Source: Octopus bimaculoides (lineage: Eukaryota). Taken from it: 64,000 nucleotides of DNA. This document shows positions 12,240-25,432 of this stretch, in pieces. The DNA lies in assembly GCF_001194135.2 (NCBI RefSeq), contig NC_068992.1, forward strand, positions 38,394,164 through 38,458,163. The letters run 5' to 3'. The notes beneath the pieces were generated by a model. The model was given only the letters and a program-made list of their open reading frames with translations, was not told the origin of the DNA and made no database searches. Both the position numbers and the translations under genes were made by a program. The first letter of the stretch is position 1; each line of letters opens with the position of its first letter.

Positions 12240-12750
12240 GCAGCATTCATGCCAGCTCCTGTGGAGGGCACCTTTGAGGCCTTCGGCCTGACTACTGGGC
12301 TGCTTTACGGCCCTCTACCCTTTTGTAATGTAATAGACTTAGACACATTCATTGTGTATGTATCTTCTGGTATTAATTATCCAATACCCCATTCCAAACT
12401 CCATACCCACAAAAATAGTGGGGTCAGTGGAGCCCATTTAAGCAGCCCATCAGAAATTGAACCTCCTTATGATACTACCTGGGAGTTCATGGTATGAAAT
12501 TCATTGTCATTGCTCCAATTTGGTTGCCAATGCCATAGAGTTAGTTTAAAATGCAGTAAAAATATTGTGGGGAAGTCAGTGGAGCCCCAATTAGGTGGCC
12601 CTTTAAAAAAATAGACCCCCTGGGATTAGGGGAGTTGCTGGTTTGAGTTTCATTGTCCTTATACCAATGGTCTAGGAGGAATTAATGAACATAAAAACAT
12701 AACAGACAGAGAAACATCGCTCAAATTTATAATGGGATAATAGGATTTTT
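12240..12750 (-). mobile_element. Possible non-autonomous Helitron-like element
   Basis: The minus strand begins TCCTATTATCCCATTATAAATTTG...CTGTCTG, like Lep1-type 5' ends. It has internal repeats (gtcagtggagccc) and a GC-rich end with a small hairpin. Termini are not clean. Confidence 0.3.
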
Positions 12751-14282
12751 TAAATACTGATTCACTACAAGGGTCCATTCGAGTNNNNNNNNNNNNNNNN
12801 NNNNNNNNNNNNNNNNNNNNNNNNNNNNNNNNNNNNNNNNNNNNNNNNNNNNNNNNNNNNNNNNNNNNNNNNNNNNNNNNNNNNNNNNNNNNNNNNNNNN
12901 NNNNNNNNNNNNNNNNNNNNNNNNNNNNNNNNNNNNNNNNNNNNNNNNNNNNNNNNNNNNNNNNNNNNNNNNNNNNNNNNNNNNNNNNNNNNNNNNNNNN
13001 NNNNNNNNNNNNNNNNNNNNNNNNNNNNNNNNNNNNNNNNNNNNNNNNNNNNNNNNNNNNNNNNNNNNNNNNNNNNNNNNNNNNNNNNNNNNNNNNNNNN
13101 NNNNNNNNNNNNNNNNNNNNNNNNNNNNNNNNNNNNNNNNNNNNNNNNNNNNNNNNNNNNNNNNNNNNNNNNNNNNNNNNNNNNNNNNNNNNNNNNNNNN
13201 NNNNNNNNNNNNNNNNNNNNNNNNNNNNNNNATTTTACAAAATTCTTCATAATTTTCAAAATTAACTGAAACAAATGCAGCTTTATCTCAGCCAAAGGTT
13301 TAAAGGAAACAAAATCATCGCAATTTCTCTTGAATTCTTCACTGCAGGAAGTTGGCGTCTTTTAAGGTGTCTGAATAATCTAGAAGGTTAGGGAACATCA
13401 CTTTAACTGGTGGGTAAAAATTGGATGGAATGATTGTATGATGGAAGAGTGAGGAGTGGGGGAATGGGGGGTATAGACACTGACATAATTATTAAAGTGA
13501 CTATAATTATCTTGACAATGACGACCATGATGACAGAACTGTGAGGGTTGTAGTAACAATTAGTAAGGAGACATTTCAGATATTTTTGGTGAAAGAGTTG
13601 TGTATGAGAGGGGGGGAGAAGAGAGAAAAAGCTAGAGGGTGAGAGTGGGGTAAAGAAAAATAGACAGAGAGAGAGGGAGGGGAGAGAGAAAGACAGAAAG
13701 AGAAATAGAGGGGGAAGAGAAATAGAGATAGAGAGTGAGAGGTGTGTGTGTGTGTGTTTTATAAAGATACTATTAATGTTAAAGAATGGAACAATTGAGC
13801 TTCTTTCTAAAAATTCAGCTGTGATAGAATTTAGTTTGTCTGGAGAATCTGGAATGGTTATCTGAGTAAAATATTTATGTTGGGGGGAAATATGAAGAAA
13901 AAGCTTTAAAAAAAATAATGAAGCAAAAATATTATTTTTACAAAGTTCTTTGTTTGTAATGATAAAATGATTTGAGAGAGAGAGAGATAAAGTCAGTGCG
14001 ATAATGACATTATTTACATTATTATTATTAATAGGTTTGAGGGGAGGGGGTATTTGGCCCAAATAGTAGAGTAATTACTAAAATAGATATTTAAATAGCA
14101 TCTGGTGTGGTAGGGGTGGTGGTGGTGGTGGTGGTGTTAGCTATGGTGTTTTTTTTATGTTGAATCTAGTTTACTCCTGACCACTCCCATCCCAATCACC
14201 CTAATTTCTATCTATCACTCACTCCCCTACCCCACTCTTGAAATCTATACCCATCCTTCTGGATCTTTCTGTTCCCACCAAT

Positions 14283-14313
<31 letters not shown>

Positions 14314-15794
14314 TTTCCTCCCTCTTCTTCATCCACTTTGACATGTTACTTTGAGGGCACCAGCATCTTTGTCTCTCTAGTAGCATCACTTCACCTATAT
14401 CCACCCCACACACATCCATATATATTGTGGAATAGTGGAGAGGAGGTAGCCCTAAATTACCTCCTACTCACCCCCACCCCCCGCTCACATTGCTCTTTCT
14501 TCTCCCCTTCCATAACTGTGTTTTAGTTTCTCCTCCACCCTTAACATCCAACAATAAACCAATCCCCTCCTCCACCCGTCATACTTTAGCTTCAACAACT
14601 TCACCTAAGATTATCATCTCTTCTTCTATTCTGCTTCTCTGACTGGTGAGTTCTTTAGTTTTTCAAAAAAGAAGACAACCTCACCAATGCTGGTACCACA
14701 ATAAAAGCATGCAGTACACACTTGCAAAATGGTAGGCATCCAGCCATAGATACCCTGCCGCCAAACTCAGACAATGGATCAATACAGTATCCATTAACCA
14801 ATTGGATCTTGTTGAACTGTCCAATCCATGCCAACATAGAAAGTGAACGTATCAAGATGGTCAAATTCTACCAAATTGTCTTTGTTTTTGTTTTTGCCTT
14901 CAAGAAATGTATAAATTTAAGTTTTGTTACCATATTTCTCTTAAAATACCTCACATTTCACCCTTGTTTGAAGTAATTTTGGAATAAATGAAGAATATAA
15001 TAAAACAACTGCTGTTGTTATTAAGCTGGTGTTTGGAACATAAATTAACATTAAATTTGGTAGAACTAGTGGCAGTCTTGGGTGGGCTGGTAATCAGAAG
15101 GGTTAATAAGTACCAATAACATACTAAGAAAATTAAATTCACAAGAACACTGTTACTCTACTACACACACACACACACAAAAAAAGGAAAAAAAACCCAC
15201 CCTCTCTCTCTGCATTTGTCAAAGAAATCCATAATATGATATGGAGTTCAAATGCTGTTGATGTTAACTTGGCCTTTCCTCTCTATAAAATAGATAAAAA
15301 TCTGTACTTGTCATAGAATTATCTTGAGGTGATTTTTGTAAAAATCCTGGCAATTTAAAATAAACAAATTTGGTTGTGTTTTCAGAAGGTTTACAATGTC
15401 AGACTAAAGAATACACATGACTATTCTTCTCCAAGGTTGAGCCTAGAGACGAAATTCTGACACCCAAAGGCTGCCATTCCAACAATTAATAAATTTGTTC
15501 TGCAAAAATTGGTTCAGTGCCTGCCTCATCTAAAGAAATCAATAGGTTTAGCTTAGCAATTTTTAAAATTATGAAATATAAATAAAAGTATTATTTCTAA
15601 TTTAGGAACAAAGCCAGTAATTTCAGGGGACGGGGAGGGTAGTCAATTAAATTAACCCCAACTATTTCATTTTATTTATCATTGAGGGGAAGGGGGATTT
15701 CAATGGGATTTGAGAATAAATCGTTGGGAGGGGGGGTATTTTTCTTATGTTCTAATGATTCTGTTAATCACCTACCACTAATAAAATAATGATT

Positions 15795-15995
15795 TCAAAT
15801 TTTTGCCACAAGGGCAGCTTGGAGAAGGGATTAAGTTGAATCCAGTATTTTACTGGTATTTATTTAATAGACCCTGAAAGGGTGTAAGTCAAAATCGACC
15901 TCAGTGGAATTTGAACTCAAAACATAAAGATGGACGAAATACCGCTAATCGTTTCGCCCAGTGTGCTTAATGATTCTACCAGCTCGCTGCCTTAC
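15795..15995 (-). mobile_element. SINE type B (tRNA-like head, (ATT)n tail)
   Basis: Reverse complement of aaggcagcgagctgg...ttctgagttcaaattcc...cctttcagggtc...accag, seen in about 20 places. Confidence 0.8.
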
Positions 15996-16599
15996 CACTA
16001 ATAAAATAATAAAATGATATTGTTAATTAACTAAATCAAAACAACAGAAAAAAAAAAATCAAAAAAAAACTGGATGGAAAATTAATTCTTTCTTTTTTAT
16101 TATTTATAAATTATTTGCTTTCATTTCAAAATTTTAAAAAAGAAACTCTTTGTAATTAATACAATAATTAGAACAAGGTCAATTAGAATGTAAGGAGGTG
16201 GTAGCAATGGGTATAATATGCAGATTATTGCAGTTCACAAAAATTTTATATTCCCTCTTCCCACCCCCAGATAAGGAAAAAAAAAAAGCCATACATGAAG
16301 TCTGTTTATCTAAAATGAAGAATGTTTTCCCTCCTTTGCTCATTATCACAGTCTGTGAGTACTTTGTGTGTCTGTATATGTGCACATGTGCATGTGTGGA
16401 GAGGAGTCGAGGCCTCAACTAGCTGTAGTGTATATTTAAACCTATTTACAGTTAATTGATGGTGTATAGTGTTTTTTTGTTTCCTTTTTTCTCTTTGTAA
16501 CAAAGAGAAGTGGAGAGATAAACCTCCACAGCAACTTTTTTCCTGGTTTACATCTTGTTTGCATTTTATTGGGGGTTTTTTTGTTGTTTTTTCTACTCT

Positions 16600-16793
16600 A
16601 GGCACAAAGCCTGAAATTTTTGGGGAGTGGGGCCATTCAAGTAGATCGACCCCAGTAAGCAACTGGTACTTAATTTATCGACCCCGAATGGATGAAAAGC
16701 AAAGTCGACCTCAGCGGAATTTGAATTCAGAACATAGCAACAGGCAAAATACCGCTAAGTATTTCGCCCAGCATGCTAACAATTCTGTCAGCT
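16600..16793 (-). mobile_element. SINE type B
   Basis: A well-preserved copy of the same module. Confidence 0.8.
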
Positions 16794-17052
16794 CGTATGT
16801 GAAAAAAGACTCACAAGGGTTGGTTGCCCTCAGCAAAAAAAAAAAAAAAAATTTCTCCCTGGATTGGAACATTTGCTAACAACAGACAAAAATAATGGTT
16901 TCCAATTTAAGCACTACATAAAGAATTTTGAGGGGAGGGGCATCAGTCAATACCATAGACCCTCCAGTATTTGACCCCAGTGAAATAAAAGCTAAAGTTG
17001 GCATCAGCAAGATTTAAACTCAGAATGTAAAGAGTCAGAACAAACACCACAA

Positions 17053-17274
17053 ATGACAGAGATGTACTTGTGACCTGATCTGAGATCGTGTGCTGGAACG
17101 AAAACAATTGCAGCGTGGAAGGTGTTTATAAGTCATTTAAGAAGCACACAAAAACTGTTAGAATCTCTTCAACATTTTAATCTCAAAGCGACGAAACTAT
17201 TTTGGCAAATTAAATTTAAATGTTGAAGTGAATCTGACGGCTTTTGTGTGTTATTTTAAATGGCTTATAAACAC
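17053..17274. mobile_element. Internally deleted copy of the palindromic element at 43295-43638
   Basis: Shares acaattgcagcgtggaaggtgtttataag... and the unique tail, in the opposite orientation. The centre is deleted. Confidence 0.8.
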
Positions 17275-18344
17275 CACAAAGCAGATCAGACAATACAACC
17301 ATAAACTCCCCAATTAGATTAATTTCTGCACCTGGTCGAAGATATGGTTAACACCTTTGTAATGGATTTAATATGAAATTAAAAACTGAAGAATGGTGAG
17401 TGATCTGGTGCCTCTGTGGTTAGGACAACACTTCTTCTGGTAGTATTCTGCAGTTGCAAACCTCTTTCCTGGAGCCACTTCTTTTCTATTGTTTTTGTAA
17501 GTAAGGTGTTCTGTTTCTTTGGTCTTCACATACTGAACTGTCAGATTGCAGGATATAAAAGATTATTGCTGCTGAACCAGTATTGGTGAGAAGAAATAAA
17601 GACAAGCATACACGTGCGTGCGTGCATGTGTGAAGATATGTAACTAAGTGGTTAGTGTGTCCAGTTCACAATCATATCATGGATTGAATTCCTTGGCCAG
17701 ATGAAACATTGTGTCCTTAAGCAAGACACTTCATATACAGTTGCTCTTGTTTACCCAGCTAAAAAAAGAGTACCAGCAGACTGCTGGTGCAGACCCACCC
17801 CCTCCTTCCAGAAGTCGCATCACCAGTGTGTCGGTGGGTCAAAGGGAAGAAAAACCAGGGTGACTATGCCTGCTCATGACTATGTAAACACCTAAAACAA
17901 TCAATGAATGCATGATACACACTACCAAGTTGGGCTCACTAGTAATTGGCGAGTGGTACACAAGAGTTTGGAAAGGGATACTCAGAAGGTATCCACAATG
18001 ATGGGAAGACGATTTAAATTAAATGATTTGGACCAATCAATAAAAGAATTGGAAGCACATTGTGCTTCCAGTGGTGTATAACATCCAATAGGTGGATCAA
18101 TACAATCTATGACACACATAAACGCACACGCACACACACATAGACTCACACACAAACATACAAACACATACGTATGCTCGTACACAGACGCATACCNNNN
18201 NNNNNNNNNNNNNNNATATCGTTAATCAAATATATTCAATGAGAATACAATATACTGAATCTCTAATAAGTGCTCTAAGTAGGGAAATGTCTAAAACATT
18301 AAAGGTATTTAGACATTTAATACACACACACATAGTTTTTTTTT

Positions 18345-18477
18345 TCTTTCACTGGTTTCAGTCATTTGACTGTGGCCATGCTGGAGTACCGCCTTTAGTC
18401 GACGAAATCGACCCCAGGACTTTTGCCAAACCGGTAAGTTATTGGGACGTAAACACACCAACATTGGTTGTCAAGTG

Positions 18478-18520
<43 letters not shown>

Positions 18521-18650
18521 CAACAGGCTTCTTTCAGTTTCTGGCCTGCGGGTATAGTAGAAGACACTTAGGGTTAGGTGCCATGCAGTGGGGCTGAACC
18601 CAGAACCATGTAGTTGGGAAGCAAGTTTCTTACCACAGCCACTCTTGTGC
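18345..18650 (-). mobile_element. SINE type C (tRNA-like head, central TG/TA microsatellite, CORE-like accttgggcaagtg motif)
   Basis: Same two-part module as 30600-30955, 41935-42250 and 58960-59335. Confidence 0.75.
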
Positions 18651-19454
18651 TATATACACACACATTTAATAATCATTTGTATAATTGATACACTAAACAC
18701 TGACTAAATGAAGGACTCAGAAACTGTTGCATTCATTTGCAATCTTCCATGAAAACATGTCTGGCCATTGTGTCATTTGTGTTCAAATGACCAGGGGAAA
18801 AGACTGCCTTGCTCAGTAACAGGTGAGGGTTTGGTGACAGGAAGAGCATCCAACTGGAGAAAATCCACCTTGAATGTTGTCTAATTCATGTAATCAGTGA
18901 AAAGTGGACATGATGATGATGAGGATGATAGTGTGTGTGTGTGTGTGTGCATGTGCATGCACGTGTCCATCCATGCATGTGCGATAGTAGGAGAGGCAAT
19001 CTCATCATAGGTCCTTCCAGGCTGGTGAGGTCATACAGGTTAATGTTCTGTTAGAACAGATCAAGGTCAACAGTTATGGTAGAATAAGAGGAAAGTGAGG
19101 AAGGAAAACCATGAGAGAAGTATTCCAGGCGATTGCATTTCTAAAGAGGAGGAGGCTTGATTGGAGAGGGGGTATTCATATAATTAAACCCACTCAGTTG
19201 TGAAATAAAAGTGGGAACTGTCATTTATCAGCCAGGTAGACTGAGGTACACTGTGTCATACAATGGCTGTATTAAGATTATATACATAGGAGCAGACATG
19301 GCTGTGTTGTTTAAGCAGCTTGCTTTGTAACCATGTGGTTTTGAGTTCAATCCCATGGCATAGCATCTTGGGCAAACATCATCTACTTTAACCCTGGACC
19401 AATCAATGCCTTGAGAGTGAATTTGGTAGACAGAAACTTATGGAAGCCCACTGG

Positions 19455-19730
19455 CTTCATAGTTAAGGTGTTCACCTCATGATTATAAAGTTGGGAGTTC
19501 AATTCCCAGCAGCATATTGCATCCTTGAGCAAGAGACCTTATTTCATGTTGCTCCAGTCCATTCAGTGGTACCTGTTTTTCAATGGGCCAGCCTTGTCAC
19601 ATTGTCATGCTGAATCTCATTAAGGGGACACGTCTGTAGAGTGCTCAGCCACTTGCACATCAATTTCATAATCAACATATTCCATTGACAGGATAACTGG
19701 GACCCTCGTCATTGTAACTGATGGAATGCC
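19455..19730 (+). mobile_element. SINE type D (tRNA-like head with tccttgagcaagac motif)
   Basis: Similar to 36608-36935 and 40705-40885. Confidence 0.65.
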
Positions 19731-20075
19731 CCCCTCTCTCTCCTTCCACTGCTCAACAGCTAAAATAAGTACAGGGATAAATTTGTTTGATTAAATCCCA
19801 GCATGGCCACAACCCAATGAGTGAAACAAATCAAAGATAAAAGATGTGTTCTATAATCCAACCCCTTGGTTCCAGCCATTTGTATCCCAGTTATTTTTTT
19901 GCTTTAATCACAGATTCCTTTAGAAAACATGAAAGGGACAGGGGTGGGGGTGTAAGAAAATTTACACAAAATTATGAAGACAGACTAAAAGGAAAACACA
20001 AAATTCTGTGCTTGTAGAAACACATTTAGGGTTATTTATAGTCTGTTGAATATGTTTATGTGTAGGAGGTGTGTA

Positions 20076-20121
<46 letters not shown>

Positions 20122-20385
20122 CATACACACACATATATATATACATACATATATTTTTTTTACTTGTTCCAATCATTTGACTGCAGCCATGCTGGAGCAC
20201 CGCCTTTAGTCAAGTAAATCGACCCCAGAACTTATTTTTTGTAAGCCTAGTACTTATTCAGTCTCTATATCAGTCTCTTTTGCCAAACCGCTAAGTTAAG
20301 GGAATGCAAACACACCAGCATTGGTTGTCAAGCGATGTTGAGGGGGACAAACACAGATACACAAACATATACATACATATATATG

Positions 20386-20432
<47 letters not shown>

Positions 20433-20497
20433 ATAGAAAGGACAACAAAAGAAAGAAAGAGGCCTCGATATTATGTAAATAGAGGAATTTATCTGTA

Positions 20498-20591
20498 AAA
20501 ATATGTGACAATTATTCGGTAGCCATGATAAAACTCCGGCATCTGAAACTCGGAGTTTTATCATGGCTACCAAATAAGTGTCACATATTTT
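20498..20591. repeat. 41-bp-arm inverted repeat (2 mismatches, 12-nt loop) between TA tracts
   Basis: aaaatatgtgacaattattcggtagccatgataaaactccg pairs with cggagttttatcatggctaccaaataagtgtcacatatttt. Confidence 0.9.
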
Positions 20592-20657
20592 CATATATAT
20601 ATACATATATAGAGATTTAATAAATGGAGTAATAAGCATATGTTAAATGAATTCTTT

Positions 20658-20749
20658 TATTTCCAACATATGTTTCGAAGATTACAAATGGTTCCTTCCA
20701 AAGGAATAATTGATATTGATAAAGATGTAATCTTCTCTTCAGAAAAATA
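20658..20749 (-). ncRNA. Type I hammerhead ribozyme motif, left arm
   Basis: Stem I UAUUUUU/GGAAAUA (2 G.U pairs), core CUGAAGA, perfect 10-bp stem II GAAGAUUACA/UGUAAUCUUC, GAAA, palindromic AACAUAUGUU, GUU cleavage triplet. Confidence 0.75.
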
Positions 20750-20822
20750 CATAGTAACCAGCTTAACCATAAGACATTTTAATATTCGGTTAAAATGTCT
20801 TATGGTTAAGCTGGTTACTATG

Positions 20823-20914
20823 TATTTCCCTGAAGAGAAAATTACATCTTTATCAACATCACTTATTCCTTTGGAAGGACCCATTTGTAATCTTCGAAAC
20901 ATATGTTGGAAATA
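20823..20914 (+). ncRNA. Type I hammerhead ribozyme motif, right arm
   Basis: Perfect stem I UAUUUCC (20823-29)/GGAAAUA (20908-14), CUGAAGA (20830-36), stem II 9/10 bp (20837-46 with 20886-95), GAAA (20896-99), minimal palindromic stem III, predicted cleavage after GUU at 20907. Confidence 0.8.
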
Positions 20915-21132
20915 AAAGAATTCAATTAACATATGCGTATTACTCCATTTATTAAATTTTTATATTTACTCAATTGCCCAAAATAACAGGGAGTTTCTAC
21001 CTCATAACCAGGAGTTACACCACAGTCATTTTGTGATCTTTGCTACCCTGGTGCCTATTAACCAATTTATTTGTCAGAGTTAATTATTAACTAAGAGAAA
21101 ATAAATATATATAATATAATATATATACACAT

Positions 21133-21172
<40 letters not shown>

Positions 21173-23529
21173 GAAGCAGTATGTTGATATGTAAACATGC
21201 TCCTCTCTAGTAAGTGTTGTGTGTGTGAAAGAAAGAGACACACAATGAATGAGAGAGAAAGGGACAAAGGAGAGAGATGGGGAGGGTGAGTAGATGACGG
21301 TAGTAAGTCTTGACTTTTGGTTTGAGGGGTTTTTTGTGCAATGTATGTAAGAACATGTGTAGTCAATGAAAGATTATGAAATAAGGTCAATTTTTCAGAG
21401 AGATACACAATTATAGTTAATCCATGTCTGCAATGTCAGGAGAAATGGTCCACAGACTGACAGAAGATAGAGAAGTGGGTGGCTGACAAAATAGAGACAG
21501 ACAGACAAAGAGACAAGGAAGGGGAGAGAGGCCAGACAAGCACCTACTTCAGCCAAATAATAAAAATCTTTTAACTAAAAACGTCTCAAGTCCTTATCTG
21601 GTTGGAATCCACAATAGGCCATATTTGTGTTGTTATGTGATACAGTACAGAGTAGAAATATTTAAAACAGTTTGAGATGTGTGACTGCAAAAGGAAGAAG
21701 AAGAATGCTGACTGTAAAAAGAAATAAGAAATAAACATTGGTAAAGGAAGTAAAACAAATAGAAAAAAAAAAGGTGGGAAAGGACAACATATTTATATAT
21801 CAAACAAAATAGCAAAATGTCTGATTTGGAAATGTTTGAGGTTTTTTTTTTTTTTTGGAGCCCTCACCACAAAAAAAAAAAAGACTTTGGTGTAGATGTG
21901 ACTGAATGGCTAAGAAGTTCATGGTGCCAGGTTCTGGCACCTGAGTGCTAATGTTTTCTGCTATAGCAACCAATGCCTAGTGAGTGGATCTGGTGGATGG
22001 AAACTAGTGTGTGTTGTGTGTGTCTTTTTGATATCGTGTACAAATTGCAAATGTCACAGTCATCATACAAGCGCTGGCATACATTTGCAATGTTCCATGA
22101 AAACATGTATGGCCATTGTGCTGTTTACAGTTTAAGGACTGGGGGAAATATATTGCGGGGAGAGAGATGAGGGTTAGAGATGGAAGAGCATCCAGCTGTA
22201 GAAAATTCATCTTGGTTTGACCCATGCAAGCAAGGAAAAGAAGATGTAAAAACAATGATGGCAATACACTGGCTTAGATAATGAAGGAACTGCTCAAAAT
22301 AACAGTCAAAACTCCCTCAAAACCACACTAACTTTAAAAAAATGAATCCATTGGATAATGTAGTCCTATATACACTATGGTCAGTTTGTTCATGGTTGAT
22401 GAGGGAGTAAACAACAACACAGATTTCACAGAGAAATATACATTAAAAAACAATCTATTTGGTGAGTAACCACTCTTCAACACACATCAGTTGAGCAGTT
22501 AATTGGTGGAACTGGTAGAGCATCACATTACTTTGAAGTCATTTTTCAGCCTTCTATGACTTAAGTTCAAATCTAAGATCAACTTTGTCCTTTTAGGGTC
22601 AATAAATAAATACCAATCATGTACTAGAGTTGATCCTTCTTTCTCTCACTGTATGTTTCTTTTTGTCTTTCCCTTTTTCAAAAAGAAATCAGCTGTGGTT
22701 GATGTGGAGAGAGATGGGTTCTGCCAGGTTTAACAAATGTCGAAGGCATGCCATATGGCACAACATTACTGCTTTGATTCCTTCCAGAAGTTGAAAGTAC
22801 AGGGCAAGGCAAGGTACACAGCAGATGGTTAAATAAAGCCCTGATAAGTATACACCTGTCTTATAATCAATCAATCAGGTTAGGTTAGCTTCATGACTCT
22901 TGCTTCCAACAGAGACTACAAAATTCTGTGAACATTAGATAAACCTGCCAGCTACGATGTACAACTCCATCCAACTGAAACCTACTTCTGATCTACCTAA
23001 CCTTTCCTACATCTGTTGCATCTCAATCCACCAGCCATCTCCTCCCATAAAAAAATACCATATGTAATCCATCTTCCTCCTTTCTCCCAATGACCACCAC
23101 TCCTTAAACCACAATAATTTGCAAAAGTTCAAACTAAACATGAGCCTTATCCAGTCATTCCTAGCTCACCACAAAATAGGGGTGTATAATGGATCTAGAT
23201 GCTAACTCTTTGGGGGCAAATGTATTGTTTTGAGAGTGCAACTGGCCTTGTGCAAGTTTAAGAAAAATTCAGGCACAGGTCTCCCTTGATTTTTAGCATC
23301 TGTATCATATGTTGAATACTATGGTTGAAGCAAAAGATTCAATGATAGAATGAAGGCATGTGTCAGTGTGGGTGGCAAACTCCTTGGACACCTACTGCAA
23401 GAGGCACCCATCATTAATACATTTGTGTAAAAGAGTGAAAGTTCCAAACATGGCTGAAAAGCCACATCTGCACTAATCATGTTTAAGAGAACCAAGCAAA
23501 GCCATTGATCAAAATCAAGTTGCAATCAT

Positions 23530-25432
23530 ATAGACAATGATTAGTGACTTCAGGATCAGGGCTAAGTGGTTGCCCAGAAGACGACCAGCATGGAAGAGAA
23601 GGGTCTGGAAGCTTAAAGATCCTGCGAATGAAAAGAGATTTAGAGACTTATTACTCGAAACCTTTGACGAAATAAAAGGGGATGTAGTTTCACACGATGT
23701 AGAAGGCAACTGGACGTTTCTAAGGGACAACCTGCCAGATCTGTGGCTGGTGCAAAGTCCCCTCTCGACCCAAAATAATGTGGTGGTGGTGGAACAATGT
23801 TGTTGACAGGGCTATTAGACAAACGAAAGAGGCTTGGAAGGACTGGAACAATGGTGGTAGCAGGGAATTGTATCAGACTGCCAGAAGGGAAGCTAAGCGA
23901 CAGGTTTATTTAGCAAGAGGGGAAGCAGATAAGAAAAAAATTTGCCAATGTTCTGTGCGTAAGGACCAAACACTTGTGGTATTTCGTGTTGCAAGACAGT
24001 GTGTGAAAGAGAATCGTGATGTCATAGGAGAGAAATGAGTTCGCATGGATGATGGTACGCTTGCACTAAACAAGGCTGCAAAGAAAGGGGTTTGGAGACG
24101 CCAATACGAAAGGTTGCTCAATAAAGAGAATGAATGGGAGGTAGAGAGTCTGCCGAATGTCGACCCAACAGAGGGACCAACTATCCAAGTTGACAGTACC
24201 ATGGTAGATAAAGCAATTAAGAGTATGAAGACAGGGAAAACCCCCAGCCCATCAGGAATCACTGCAAAGATGCTCAAAATATCTGGCAGTGTCAGCTATA
24301 GCCTAGTCACCCGTATTGTTAACCAGGTGATACATGAAGGAGCTATAACCAATGACTGGTGTAGCAGCACCATAGTCAACTGCTAAAAAAAGGTAAAGGT
24401 GACGCTTTAGATACAAATAATTATAGAGGTATCAAGTTGTTAGATCAGGTAATGAAAGTCACAGAGAGGGTCATAGCCCAACTAATTAGGGAGAGAGTCA
24501 GCTTAGATGAGATGCAGTTTGGGTTTGTGCCAAGGAAAAGCACCACTGATGCTATATTTCTGGTAAGACAGCTGCAGGAGAAATACCTAGACAAAGATAA
24601 ACCTCTGTACCTGGCTTTCGTTGACATGGAGAAAGCCTTTGACAGGGTCCCCCGATCCCTTATCTGGTGGCCAATGAGGAAACTAGGGATAGAAGAATGG
24701 TTAGTGAGAGCTGTGCGAGCCATGTACAGAGATGCTGTCAGTAAGGTGAGGGTTGGCAATNNNNNNNNNNNNNNAATTCCGGGTAGAGGTAGGAGTCCAC
24801 CAAGGTTCAGTCCTCAGCCCCCTCCTATTTATCATAGTCCTCCAGGCGATCACAGAGGAATTCAAGACAGGATGCCCCTGGGAGCTCTTCTATGCTGATG
24901 ACCTTGCACTAATTGTTGATTCACTATCAGAACTAGAGGAGAAGTTAAAGGTGTAGAAGCAAGGACTAGAATCGAAGGGCTTTAGAGTCAACCTAGCTAA
25001 AACCAAAGTCCTAATAAGTAGGAAGGTAGACAACACACAATAGCCCTGCTCGATCTGTAGCAAAGGCGTAGGTAGAAACTCTATGAGATGTATCCAGTGC
25101 AAGCTATGGACACATAAGAGGTGCAGCAATATCAAAGGAAGGTTAGGAAGTTAGTTTTTGTATGTGGCAGATGTTCAGGAGCAATAAACACTGAAGATGC
25201 GCAGAAAACAACTTCTGCCACATTCCAGGGAGAAAAACTCGACTTAGTTGATAGCTTCCGCTATCTAGGTGACCAAGTTAGTAGTGGGGGAGGGTGAGCT
25301 GAAAGTGTAGCTGCTAGAATAAGAATAGCCGGGGCAAAGTTCAGAGAGCTCTTGCCTCTGCTGGTGACAGGGGGCCTCTCACTCAAGAGTAAAAGGCAGA
25401 CTGTATGACGCATGTGTACAAACAACCATGCT
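23530..25432 (+). mobile_element. 5'-truncated, decayed RTE-clade LINE (end of the endonuclease region, RT, PHD-like finger)
   Basis: RT motifs MQFGFVP..STTDAIF, LAFVDMEKAFDRVPR, GVHQGSVLSPLLF, FYADDLAL and later FRYLGD are present, broken by stops and frameshifts. It runs into an N gap. Confidence 0.93.

Larger units (their letters stand above)
20616..20956. mobile_element. Long palindromic element (167-bp arms, 7-nt loop, 8 differences) carrying two hammerhead motifs; PLE-related
   Basis: I aligned the arms by hand. The element sits immediately right of a (TA)n tract. Confidence 0.85.

Noticed and set aside
20640-20932. Two near-identical 91-aa ORFs on opposite strands
   Set aside because: A mirror consequence of the palindrome. 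There are no protein motifs, and the conserved signal is RNA structure.
23640-25135. Minus-strand ORFs of 60-123 aa
   Set aside because: They are antisense shadows of the RTE reverse transcriptase frame.
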